The translations under genes were made by a program, and so were the position numbers. A stretch of 64,000 nucleotides of DNA from the human T2T-CHM13v2.0 reference genome, Homo sapiens, in NCBI RefSeq assembly GCF_009914755.1, contig NC_060930.1. One strand, 5' to 3'. The notes beneath the pieces are model-generated. The model was not told where the DNA came from and searched no databases. It was given only the letters and a program-made list of their open reading frames with translations. Every line of letters begins with the position of its first letter. Within the stretch, counting starts at the first letter, position 1. Positions 44,930 to 56,800 of the stretch are shown piece after piece.

Positions 44930-45580
44930 GAAAGTGCAACAGCTGAATTGACACTGAGAAATTGGATCAATGTTGTGGAATACCTGAATCACTCCTTCAG
45001 AGTCACTCTTCCACAATGTACAAGGGGAAAAAAGATTAAAACAGTGACAGGGAATGCAACACATATGGAGCTGAAAAGTAAAGATTTAATCTATCAGTTG
45101 TCACTGTCAGTGTCAATGAAGATAATACCAAAATAATCAGAAGCAGTAATATAAAACTGATTTGTGATTTATTGTAAAACTCGAGATATAGATAAAAATA
45201 CTGTTGTTGCAAGAAAAAAAGCATAAAAAGATACCTACATCTAGAAAACAAACCATTTTCAATTTTAATGATATATTAAAGCAAACTTTTATATGCATCC
45301 AGGTAGAAAATTCTGCTCATCTCCAGAAGAACACAAATTATTCTGAATTCAGTCTTCTTTACAACAAATGCCAAAATTGGATAGGCTAAGATTCAGAGTT
45401 TTGACAGAGAAAAGTTTGTAATTCAATAAGTTTTATATCCAGCTAAGATGTATTTTAAATGTGAAGGCAATAATAAACTACTTTCACTTACATTAAGATT
45501 CAGATTAAATGCCTTTGCATACTTCATAAAGTTATTTGGAATCATATTCCAGTTGACAGTGAAAACTCCAAATTAACAAT
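44930..45580 (+). mobile_element. Very old L1M/HAL1-type ORF1 relic
   Basis: 'TTTTATATCCAGCTAAGATGTATTTTAAATGTGAAGGCAA' resembles the L1 ORF1 C-terminal ILYPAKL motif region. Confidence 0.45.
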
Positions 45581-46450
45581 TCAAGACTTTGGACATTTGG
45601 AGATTAAAGAGCTGAATTGATCTTTCATAATAACAAACATATCGCTGACTTGCATCACAAGATTTGAAGAAATCACCATCTTACTGCACCACATCTGTTT
45701 GAACTGGCCATTTGATTAAACCTGTAAGAAGATTGACTTGCTTTCTCTTCTACCCATGCATACAATTTTCAACAGGAAAGCCAGTGAATTATTATCACTA
45801 ATGATAGGTATAAACATCCTATTTTGAATTCCCAAAAATTCTCCAGGGAACAACTCTCCCAGAGATAGTTTTCCACCATTTAGAAATACAAACACATGTG
45901 ATTACAATTTTGCTTAGGCATACGATATTATGAAGCAGGCACACAAAACTTTCTAAGTGTGTGAAAAGAAGCACACTAAATGTCAAGGCTATTATTATCT
46001 TTGAATGTTGAGACCATCAGTGACATTTTCATATTTTTATTCTATTTTTTCAAATTTTCTTTCTTTTTTTAATTTTTTTATTATACTTTTAAGTTTTAGG
46101 GTACATGTGCACAACGTGCAGGTTAGTTACATATGTATACATGTGCCATGTTGGTGTGCTGCACCCATTAACTCGTCATTTAACATTAGGTGTATCTCCT
46201 AATGCTATCCCACCCCCTCCCGCTACCCCACAACAGGCCCCGGTGTGTGATGTTCCCCTTCCTGTGTTTATGTGTTCTCATTGTTCAATTCCCACCTATG
46301 AGTGAGAATGTGCAGTGTTTGGTTTTTTGTCCTTGCGATAGTTTGCTGAGAATGATGGTTTCCAGCTTCATCCATGTCCCTACAAAGGACATGAACTCAT
46401 CATTTTTTATGGCTGCATAGTATTCCATGGTGTATATGTGCCACATTTTC

Positions 46451-46924
46451 TTAATCCAGTTGATCATTGTTGGACATTTGGAGCCAAGATGGCCAAATAG
46501 GAACAGCTCGTCTATAGCTCCCAGCGTGAGCGACGCAAAAGACAGGTGATTTCTGCATTTTCAACTGAGGAACCGGGTTCATCTCACTGGGGAGCATCGG
46601 AAATTGGGTGCAGGACAGTGGGTGCAATGCACTGAGCGTGAGCCGAAGCAGGGTGAGGCATTGTCTCAGCCGGGAAGCGCAAGGGGTCAGGGAATTCCCT
46701 TTCCTAGTCAAAGAAAGGGGTGACAGACGGCACCTGGAAAATCGGGTCACTCCCACCCTAATACTGCGCTTTTCCAATGGCCTTAGCAAATGGCACACCA
46801 GGAGATTATATCCCACGCATGGCTGGGAGAGTCCTACACCCACGGAGCCTCGCTCATTGCTAGCACAGCAGCCTGAGATCAAACTGCAAGGCGGCAGCGA
46901 GGCTGGTGGAGGGGCGCCCGCCAT
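46451..46924 (-). CDS. L1 ORF0-derived extended ORF (157 aa, MAGAPPPASLPPCSLIS...), putative
   Basis: N-terminus matches primate L1 antisense ORF0; ATG at 46924 in strong Kozak context (ACAATGG); open across the inversion junction to TAA at 46451; expression unknown. Confidence 0.35.
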   Translation of the reverse strand: MAGAPPPASLPPCSLISGCCASNERGSVGVGLSQPCVGYNLLVCHLLRPLEKRSIRVGVTRFSRCRLSPLSLTRKGNSLTPCASRLRQCLTLLRLTLSALHPLSCTQFPMLPSEMNPVPQLKMQKSPVFCVAHAGSYRRAVPIWPSWLQMSNNDQLD

Positions 46925-47010
46925 TGTCGAGGCTTGAGTAGGTAAACAGAGCGGCTGGGAAGCTCGAACTGGGTGGAGCCCACCGCAGCTCAAGGAGGCC
47001 TGCCTGCCTC
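46481..47010. promoter_or_regulatory. L1 5'UTR bidirectional promoter remnant (YY1 site, CpG-rich)
   Basis: YY1 motif CAAGATGGCC at 46485-46494; many CpGs retained relative to the flanks. Confidence 0.55.
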
Positions 47011-47224
47011 AATTTTTCAAATTTTCTATAATGATGAAGTTTAAATTATAAAACAAATCTCAGATTGAAAAGAAAAAAAAACTACAAAACATCCAAACTC
47101 AAAAAGTCCAAAATTCTTTTAAAAAGTAGTTTGGGGTTAAGGCTGCTTCCATAAATAATTCTGATAAAGCTGGTTTTCCTGTCCCCAGTTTTCACCCAGT
47201 GAAATAGATATGCTTCTGAAGTTC

Positions 47225-47855
47225 TGTGGCAGGCAATAATCTAAAGATGATGCTTCAAGTTTCTTATATATAGTTATTCAAATATTAGCCTAGCTACTTC
47301 TGAGAAGGGATTTCAAAGATATAAGCAAGACTACTGATCAATTGACTTTAAAAGAGGGAGGTTTTATGGATTATCTGGGTAGGCCCAATTTAATCACTTG
47401 AGTCCTTTAAGAACAGAAGAGAGTGGCAGAAGAGGAAGGAAAAATTGATTCAAAGCAGGAAGAAGCAGGAGAAGCAGATGAAGATTCTATACATCTTTTG
47501 CCTTTAAGATGGAGGAGACTCAAACTCCAGTAGTCCAAAAGCTGGGGATTATAGGTGGTCTCTACAACATGAGGACAACCCCTGGCTTACAATCAGAAAG
47601 AAAACAGGGACCCCAGTCCTACAGCTGCTCAAAACTGATTTTCACAAAACAACTTGTTTGAATCTGGAAAGAGGTTGTCCCCCAGAGCATCCAGACAAAA
47701 GCCAGGCTGCTTGATAGCTGGACTTTGGCATTGTAAGACCCTAAGCAGAGAACCCAGTTATACTCAGACTTTTGGCCTACAGAAATATAATGAATGTTTT
47801 TTTAAAGCCTCTTAATTTGTGATAACTTGTTATAGCAGCAGCAGAATATTAATAC
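47225..47855 (+). mobile_element. MaLR solo LTR (MLT1D/E-like)
   Basis: TGTGGCAGGC start; 'GGATTATCTGGGTAGGCCCAATTTAATCAC'; end 'TTGTTATAGCAGCAGCAGAATATTAATACA'. Confidence 0.8.
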
Positions 47856-48090
47856 AGGTCCAAATCCTTACTTGTAGGCTTGGTAGGAGCCTATAGTCTT
47901 AGGCTTTATTTAGTCCTTCTAAATCTTATATCTATGGCTGCTTTTTATGAGCCTTGCTAAAGAATTTAAGGGCAATCTGATAAAATCACTAAAGGCAAAA
48001 AAACACATTTAAATATGAGTGTTTGCACCTTGATCTAAAGTGGTGACTTTTACTGGGAAAATCAGGTGTATTATAGATTTTAGGAACATT

Positions 48091-48160
48091 TTGCACAGGG
48101 GTTATGCTAATCTTCTCTGTATCATTCCAATTTTAGCATATGTGGTGCCAAAGCAAGCAC
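48091..48160 (-). pseudogene. RNU6: U6 snRNA retropseudogene, nt 1-70 only, tailless
   Basis: Reverse complement GTGCTTGCTTTGGCACCACATATGCTAAAATTGGAATGATACAGAGAAGATTAGCATAACCCCTGTGCAA aligns without gaps to U6 1-70 (includes the ACAGAGA box); flanked by direct repeat TTTAGGAACATTTTG. Confidence 0.93.
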
Positions 48161-48532
48161 TACTTTAGGAACATTTTGGATGAACAAGTGTCTTACCATC
48201 TCTTTAGTAATAATACATAAGCACTACCATGGACCTACTTTGAAGGACCAACATTGGTTATTACATTTGTGCAACTTGGACTTAGAGCCTGGATTACATG
48301 GGCTTTTATATCTGAAATTCTCTGATTCTCTGGAAAGTGACATTTTAATTGTTATCAGATGATTAATATGTAGTGCAGATTCATAAGTTTACTGAAAAGC
48401 AAAAATTATTAACATTTTAACAGTTATTTCCATTGCTAATATCTTTGTTTTCTAAAACTCATATCAAGGTTGCTCAAAACTATTTTCTCCCCAGTATGTA
48501 TAGAATGTTGTTTTATATAGAGACAAATTTAT

Positions 48533-48692
<160 letters not shown>

Positions 48693-49329
48693 AAATTTGT
48701 GTATTATGAATATAGATGTATGGCTAGAAAAAATGCAATAAATAGGTCCCATGTGAAAATGTTTATTTTCTTGGATTTATGAACACTATATTTTCCAGTC
48801 ATTCAAACTAATTCCCTGATTAGTGTTGCCAGTTACATTCTTTTAATCTGTTAAAATGCAGCTGCCCATAAAAACAGAGTAACTAGATTCAGACTAAAGT
48901 AATTATTCCATTCCTTTGACATTTGTTGAGAAAGTTAGCTTACCATATCAGAGTTAAAGTTATCCCTCGTTTCACAAGCTTTTCACAATTTTACGCAAAA
49001 TGTAAATTGTCTCTGTGTTAACATTAACTAGACCAAACTTACTCCAAGCTTCTATATTAAAGTCTATGCTTCCAGTGAATAATTTGACTCTGGATGCAAC
49101 GATCAGGTTTATTATCTAAAGCACAATAACTCAGGCAAACTTTTAATTAGTTCTTCAAATTACTTGAAAACTTTAAGCCAGCTGAATGGTTAGGGCAAGA
49201 CTTCAATTGCTTCCTCTGTTTTGTAATGTTATCACTTGGCTGAGAAACGGGATGGAGCCACCATAGAGAACTCAGAAACCGGGAACCGTCCTCAAGAGGA
49301 GAAAGTCACACTTCACTCTTTAGCTCATC

Positions 49330-49480
49330 TTAGCTGACTTTCTCCACATACCTCACTAGATATGACCCTGGTCCTGAGTCAGATTTGAAGATCTGTGTCC
49401 GAAGGTGATTTTAAAGGACCAAGATAACACAACACAACTAAAACAGGAAGTATTTGATGCCGCCTTGAGTCAAGCAATGA
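49330..49480. promoter_or_regulatory. Candidate enhancer motif cluster (AP-1 x2, ETS, GATA)
   Basis: TGAGTCA 49375-49381 and 49466-49472, ACAGGAAGT 49443-49451, AGATAA 49422-49427 in non-repeat DNA. Confidence 0.35.
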
Positions 49481-50894
49481 TAGGGAGATGCATATTTAAT
49501 TCAAATTTCAACTAGGTTTGAAGAGGCAATTAGAAAATATTTTTCAAGAGTGGGCAATAGCAATATAGTACCTCTCCTGTGGAAGAAAGAACTGAAGACA
49601 AGTATTTTCAAGCTCCATGTAGGGACAGTGAGCAGATTTGCAGCTGTGAAGTATGGTCCCAGGTGGACGATAATTGGATCATGAGATTTATGTTCATCAG
49701 ATCCTTATTGTTCCTGCCTCATTTCATGCTTGACTATGAAGAAATAAGGACCAGGATAACCCAAATATATGCCATGGTTTTTAGAACCTTACCCACTAAA
49801 ACAATGGGCAGTGGCTTTTTTAAAAGAACTATTTTTATAAGGTTAGAACATGAAGGAAAACACTGTACTGAGGATGAGAAACCTTCCACTATTAAAAATA
49901 TATATGGATCCTGCCTATGGCAATATTTGGTGAAAACAGAACAAAGAGAGAGTAAAGATTAGACATACATGCTGTTAGGAATATTTTCTAGGTACTCTGA
50001 CAATGATGTACTTAATGAAACTTCAGACTTCTGATTTGCATTGTTTATAAGGAAGTCAACACCTTCAGAAGCTGTTTGTTAAAATAGATTAAAACAATTC
50101 TGCAGTTTTACCATCATTTCTTGGATTTGTTTTGTAAATCTCATGACAACTACTTTTTGTGTGTTGTTTCCTGACAACAGTGGTTGTCAAAGCCTCAAGT
50201 ACCTAAGTTCTAAATGATAAAACTCAAAGATAAATTGGTCTTCCTATTACTGTGCTGAGTTAACATTAAACAACTACCTAACTTAGGTATTTGTTGCACT
50301 TCATTGGGTCACCAGATACAATTGTAGGTTGTTTTCATTATTACCAATGTTCTATTCAGAGATAAATGATTTTTTTTCCTAAGATGTATGTAACCCAGCT
50401 CTTTTCAATTATGAAGAGAACTGCTTCCCTTAAGGGTACTTGACTTGTCCAGATATTAATCTTTTTTGCACAGAATGCTGCAACGCACATAATTATATTC
50501 TTCCTACTGAGGTCTTGCTCAGGCTCAGTAGACTTACAGTAGAATTCATTAAAAAGTTGAAATCCAGTTTTGCAGGTTTTCTTTTTACTTGTAAGAAGTT
50601 AGTATTATTACTACACTAATTTAAAGATGACAGTACATAAGGCTCATTGATGCATCATATATAGAAGTAAATAAACCAACAGTAGAAATGAACAGATGAC
50701 AATGGTTGTCTCCCAAATTAGTATCTCTGGAGTATATGAAGTTACACTGAACTATGTCTATGTAGTGGCAGAAAAAAACCGATTACCTGATTTCATGGAA
50801 TGTTTTCTGTTCTTTGTCTAATGATCGCCTAATCCATTTTTTTTTACTTTTTTAAAACTAATATATTTGGAGGTTTATAATTATAGCTTATGTT

Positions 50895-51830
50895 TTTAAA
50901 TTAAATTTTAATATTAAGATCATCATAGATTCACATGTAATTGTAAGAAGTAATAAGAGGAGATCTGTGTATCCTTTACCCAGTTCCTTCTGCCCCTATA
51001 GTAACATCTTGCAATACTATTATACAACTCCACAGTCAAGATTTCTATCACCACAAGGATCCCTCATGTTTTCTTTTACAACAACACCCACTTTCCTCTG
51101 GCTCCCACCTCCTTCTTAATCCCTAGAAAACCACTAATCTATTCTTCAGTTCTACAAATTTGTCATTTCAATAATGTTATATATGTGAAATAATATAAAA
51201 ATATAACCTTTGGGGATTGCCTTTTTTCATTAAGTATAATTTCCTGGAGTTTCATCCAAGTTGTGTGTATTAATACTGTATTCCCTTTTTTATTGCTGAG
51301 TAGTATTCCATGGTATGGATGTATCACAATTTGTTTAACTATTCACCCATTAAAGGGCATCAGGGTTGTTTCCAGTTTGGGCCTATTACAGATAAAGCTG
51401 TTATAAATATTTATGTACAGGTTTCTTTGTATGAATATAAGTCTTCATTTCTCCGGTATAAATGCCCAGGAATGCAGTCAGTGGGTTTTATGGTAGTTGC
51501 ATGTTTGGACTTTAAGTCAGCAGCCAACCAGTTTTTCATGGTGTCTGTATCACTTTTTATTCTCACCAGCATTGTATGAATGATTCCATTTATCCAAACC
51601 CTTACCAGCACTTGTAATTGTCACTATTTTTTATTTTAGCCATTCTGCTAAGTTGGTGGTGATAGGTTATTGTACTTATTTGCATTTCCCTAAAGGCTAG
51701 TTATGTTGATCATTTTATTCACATGCTTATTTTCCATCTGTACATCATTTTTAGATAAATGTCTCTTTATATATTTTGCTCATGACCCAGTTGGGTTGTT
51801 TGCTTTTTTTAATCATTAAGTTTAAGAGCA
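50895..51830 (-). mobile_element. L1MC1/2-like 3' end
   Basis: 'ATAGATTCACATG..GTAACATCTTGCAA..CACCACAAGGATCCCTCATGTT..TAGTATTCCATGGTATGGATGTA'. Confidence 0.8.
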
Positions 51831-53436
51831 CAGTCAGAGGTTTGAAATTTAAATCTATGAATTTTTGAGCCACTCTCAACATGTCTGGAAAAATCAAATA
51901 TTAGAAGTAAAAACCAGCAAATAAATAATGTACAGATCTATTAAAATACTGCAAAATAACCAACTTGTGTCAGGCAAGTCATACTTATCATGCTTATCAT
52001 TTGGGAAGCACACTTTGCCATGACTGGATGGTATAAATGATTTTATGTAGATGTACATGAGATGAAAAACATCAGTTGAGTTATGAACTATTTGGGGCAA
52101 TTTAAAAAAACAACAACTTTTTTCCAGGTTAAAAAAATGTATACACATTGTATAAAGTTTAAAAACACATACAAAAAAGATTGAGAAGGCAAACATTATC
52201 AATATTTCTACCACCCAAAGATAACTGCCCTTAATGTTATTTTGGTTTATTCCCAGTTTTACATCCATATTATACATGAGTTGGAATCATGCTCTATATA
52301 CAATTTAGCACACTATTTTCTTCCATGTTTTAAGTTTTGACATTTTGTAAGCCTTTAAATATTTTTCAAAAATAAATTTAATGGTAATGATTTATTTAGC
52401 CATTAACTTATTTTTGAATTTATTTGGACATTTGGGATTTTGATGAGTAGATCATTTCATCTTTCATCTTTAGATTTACAATCCATCTAAAATTGTCTTA
52501 TTTTTATATGAAATTGAGTAAGAACCAAAATTTAATTTTTTATCATGTGGTTATTCAATTGACCATTTTCTCCCAACATAGTCTTAAATCAGGAGAGCAT
52601 AAGAGTGTTGGTTTATTTCTAGACTCTACAATTTCATTGATCTCTGTCTTTGTGCCAGTATTACACTACCCTCATTACTACTGTGTTAAAATCAGTCTTC
52701 CCATTTTGTGGTTTAAATCCTCCAACTTTGTTTTCTTCTTCAAGATTGGCTTATTTATACATTTTAGAATCAACTTGTCAATTTCTACCAAAGATGGGAG
52801 ATTTTGACTTGGATTGGATTAAATCTGTAGATAAATTTGGAGAGATTAGCTTAATTACAACTTTGAGGTTTCAAATGACTAACACGATATATACCCCTAT
52901 TTACTTAGGTATGCCTTAACTGTTCTTAAAAATATTTTAGTTTTTAATATATAAATCCTTCCCATTTTAAAATTAGATTTGTTTCTAGATATTTGAGTTT
53001 TTGTGCTTTTACAATTTATTATTTGTTATGTTTTCTTCTGTTTGTTGAAGACATATGGAAATATAATTTTCATATTATTTTTGTATTCAGCAACTATGTT
53101 AAATGCTTCTTAATTATTATTTGAAGTAATTTTTTTCAGGCTTTATACTTTAACAGTCATGTCATCTGTGCATAATAACAGTTTTAATTTTTCTTTCCTG
53201 TCCTTATATCTTTTCTTAACAGGCTATGACCACAAATACAATGTTGAAATAAAAAAAAGATTTCAGGCAATATTGTCTCATTCCTAGCCTTGGGGGAAAG
53301 TGTTCATATTCCATGAATATGATATGTATGGTGTTTCTGGTGTTTTTTGTTGGATATTCTTTTTAAGATTAAAGAGATTTTCTTTTATTTGGAGTTTGCT
53401 AAAAGTTTGTAATGGCAGATGGTTGTAGATTGTTAT

Positions 53437-53862
53437 TATTTTATTTTGAAACCAGGTATTGCTGTGTCACCCAGCCTGGGGCACAGTGGCATGACCTTGG
53501 CTCACTGCAGCCTGGACCAGCCTGGGCCTCCCAGGCACCAGCAATCCTCCTGTCTCAGTCTTCCAAGTAGCTAGGTCTGTAGGCGTGTGCTACCATGCTC
53601 AGAATTATAATCCTTTCTTTCTTCTTTCTTCTTTCTTCTTTCTTCTTCCTCCTTCTTCTTCTTCTTCTTCCTCTTCCTCTTCCTCTTCTTCCTGTTCTTC
53701 CTCTTCCTCTTCTCCTCCTCCTCCTTCTTCTTTTTTTCTTTTTGTAAAGATGGGATCTCAATATCTTGCCCATGCTGGCCTCAAACTTCTGACTTCAAGA
53801 GATCCTCCCACCTCAGCCTCCCAAAGTGCCGAGACTACACGTGCGAGCCACCGTACCTGGCT
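53437..53862 (-). mobile_element. AluJ-like with expanded central linker
   Basis: Right arm 53447-53602, left arm 53744-53862; imperfect TSD GGTTGTAGATTGTTAT 53421-53436 / GGTTGTAGAATTTTAT 53863-53878. Confidence 0.88.
53611..53743. repeat. (CTT/CCT)n polypyrimidine tract (GAA/GGA on Alu strand)
   Basis: 133 bp, all pyrimidine except one G (53694). Confidence 0.95.
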
Positions 53863-56800
53863 GGTTGTAGAATTTTATCAACTACTTTTTCGGCATCTAT
53901 TGAGATAATCATTTGATTTTTATACCTTTTGCAGTCAATGTGACACTATATCTACATTGATTTACAAAAGTTGAGACCACTTTAAATTGTAATCAACACT
54001 ATGATGTATAATCATTTTTAAGATCACTGGAATCAATTTGCTGACATTTATAATTTGTTACATCCATGTTTTTGAGAGAAAATGGACTGTGGTTTTCCTT
54101 GCTTGTAATGTTTTTGTCAGATTTTGGTGTCAACATTATCCTGGTCTCATGAAATAAGTTATGAAACAGCCTTTTTCTCTGTTTTTTAAAGGAAATTGTG
54201 TAGAATTTATAGAATTAGTGTTTTTTTCTTAATTGATAGAAGAGCATTTTTGTAGGAATAATTTTTATGAAATATATAATTTCTAACATATACAGGAATA
54301 TACATTTTTTCTCCTTGTATCAGTTTTGATATATTGTGTTTCTAAAGAATTTGTTCATTTCACTTAAGTTGCTGAATTAATGCTTTTAATATCTGTAGAG
54401 TTGTCATCCTTTTCAAACCTGATATTGGCAGCATCTCTCTCTTTTCTCTTTCATATTCAGTCTTGAGCCTTTAGATTTTCTTACTCAGTCTTGAACTTTT
54501 AGATTCTCTTTATTGTACATTCGTTTTCTATTTCATTTGTTTCTGAGCTTAACTTTATTATTTTAGTCGACTTATGTTTTTGGGTTAGATTTGCTGTAGT
54601 TTATTTGTGCAGCAAGGTTAGATACTGATTTTTGACTTTTCTGATTAAATATATCTTTAAAGCTATATATTACCCTCTAAGTCCTATTTTAGCTACATCC
54701 CATGCATTTAGATATGTTGCTTATATTATCATTAAATTTAAAATATTTTTAGTTCCAATTTTGATTTCTTCATTGTTCAATTGATTTTCTAAAAATATAT
54801 TACTGTTTAAGCAGTTTGTACTTATTAATTAAGTTTCAGTTGGTATTCAAATTAATTCCATGTGGTTGGAGAACATACTCAAAATATTTCAGTTTTTGAA
54901 ATTTGTTAGATTTGTGTCTTGAGCTAACATTTTGTTAAATTTTGAGTCTGAAATGTATGTGAATTCTTTCATTTGTTGGGTATAGTATTTTAATTAAAGT
55001 TTTATAAGTTGCTTTATGGATAATGACATGTTTATTTTCAAACAGGATTCTATGGGGCACTATTTTATGAAAATAATTTATGTTCTTGCTTTAGTTATAT
55101 GAAGTCGAATGTTAAAAAGGTAATATTTATTCAAAAACTACCTTTTTAAAATATAAGGTTATCGTTCAATTTCTTAGAATAAATTATTTCTTCTACATCC
55201 TAATATCTTTTTTCTAGTAATTTAGTACAAATCTTAACATCATTTGCCAAGCTAGTGTTAGATCTGAGAAAATAGGGTCATAGTTTGGACTTCTTTTAGA
55301 ACATACTATTTTGAGAATAAATCCAAAAGTGTCATTCTTAAAAGATAGAACAAAAATAGAAATTAATAAAGTAAAAACTAAAAATCTACCTTCAATTTTA
55401 CTGTCACTTTTTATGATGCACAAATCTAGATGATGGAGTACAGAGTTGAGAAAGAAGTGTACATATTTACCCTTTGTTTATGGAATTGCACAGAAAAGTG
55501 GAAATAAACATTGTCAGCTCCTCATTGTAGAAACGTCACCTTGCTTTTCTCTACTTGATTCATGGCTAAGTTCTAAAATCACATCAGTAATGATTTTAGA
55601 GTTTTCCGTTATTTTCTGTTAAGTGTTCTGCACGTGTCGGTAGCTCAGAAGTCTCATGTGATCACTTTCACTTGACAATTCTGAATGTGTCATGACTGAT
55701 TATGCCATTGTTTGCTGGCCTCTTTTTTTCCCCTAACTTATTTTCCTTCTTGCCACATTACCCTCTCACATATCTGACACTTTTCCTTTTCTTTGTTACT
55801 CAGTGAAATGAAGCATGCTTCTGTTTCCCTATGGAAGCCCCTCTCCTGCCACCCCACAGTCAACTATAATCTATTGCTACATTATATGAATTCCATTATT
55901 TTTCCACTGTGTTAACTTCAAGCGCCTTAAGCTGAGTTTTTGTACCATGGGACCAAAAAAGCTAGAGTTTGTGAAAGTGAACTTATCATCCAAGCTATAT
56001 ATCTATAATTTAATAGATTGCTTATTCATTCAGGTGTCTGTAAGATTTCCCAGGGTATTTCACAAGTTATGCCATTTTAATGAAACCCATCACATCTAAT
56101 GTTCAATGGAGAGTAAACTAGATTCTATTTGGAACAATCAGTGATGACAAACACTGGAAAGATGAGACACTCTAAAATGAATAAGAATTTAATGAAATTT
56201 TTAAAGACATCACTTTCCAACTTGCTTCATTCTCATCTCTTTGGATTCTCTTTATTGTGTTTATTTGAGTTTTAACAATGCTTCATATTCATGAAATTGA
56301 TGATATTTTAAATGCCTTTTGGTTTGAAGTTTATTATTTGGCCTTATAATTGAATTTAAGATAAGGCAAATAATAGTCAACTAAAACCCTGGTGTAAGAT
56401 ATAAAATCAAGCTCCAGATATTTTTCTTTAAAAAAATCAAAATAATGCTGTGAGAATGCATAGAATATGATACGAAAGGCTCACAGTTTCATTCTTGGTG
56501 ACATCTCCTTTCCATGCTTGCAACCATATCCCAAATACTAAGCATTGGAGGGCTTTCCAGATCATCATGATTCACAATGTGAAGGTGCATTCCTTAGGGT
56601 ATTTCTATTAAGTATATTGGCTTTTTTAAATGTGGATAATTAAATCAGGACTCAGCCATGACAGCTGCTGGTTTCTTTGGTGTTAAAGGATGAATGCTAC
56701 CTTACTTAAGTAAAGAACAGCCTTTAGGTTTCCCTTTCAAAAATGAATGTGTATCACTAAAAAAGTACTGAGAAAATTCAAACCTTGGTCTTACCAGAAC

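Larger units (their letters stand above)
46061..47012 (-). mobile_element. L1PA4-like inversion/deletion element: 3' end (46061-46480, -) joined to inverted 5'UTR nt ~7-540 (46481-47010, +)
   Basis: L1 3'UTR and poly(A) on -; 'GAGCCAAGATGGCC..GCCTGCCTGCCTC' L1 5'UTR on +; 15-bp TSD TTTTTCAAATTTTCT at 46046-46060 and 47013-47027. Confidence 0.92.
52110..55000 (-). mobile_element. Old L1M (L1ME-like) 3' end and ORF2 relic
   Basis: Degenerate antisense L1 ORF2 blocks ('CATTTTAGAATCAACTTGTCAATTTCTAC', 'GATTTTGGTGTCAACATTATCCTGGTCTCAT'); boundaries approximate. Confidence 0.65.

Noticed and set aside
49579-49962. 127-aa ORF in non-repeat DNA
   Set aside because: GTG start, no recognisable domain or splice context; an ORF of this length is plausible by chance in 64 kb. 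A BLASTP hit or positive PhyloCSF score would change this.
53555-53908. Arg-rich (protamine-like) and Ser-rich ORFs
   Set aside because: Artefacts of translating the (CTT/CCT)n tract inside an Alu
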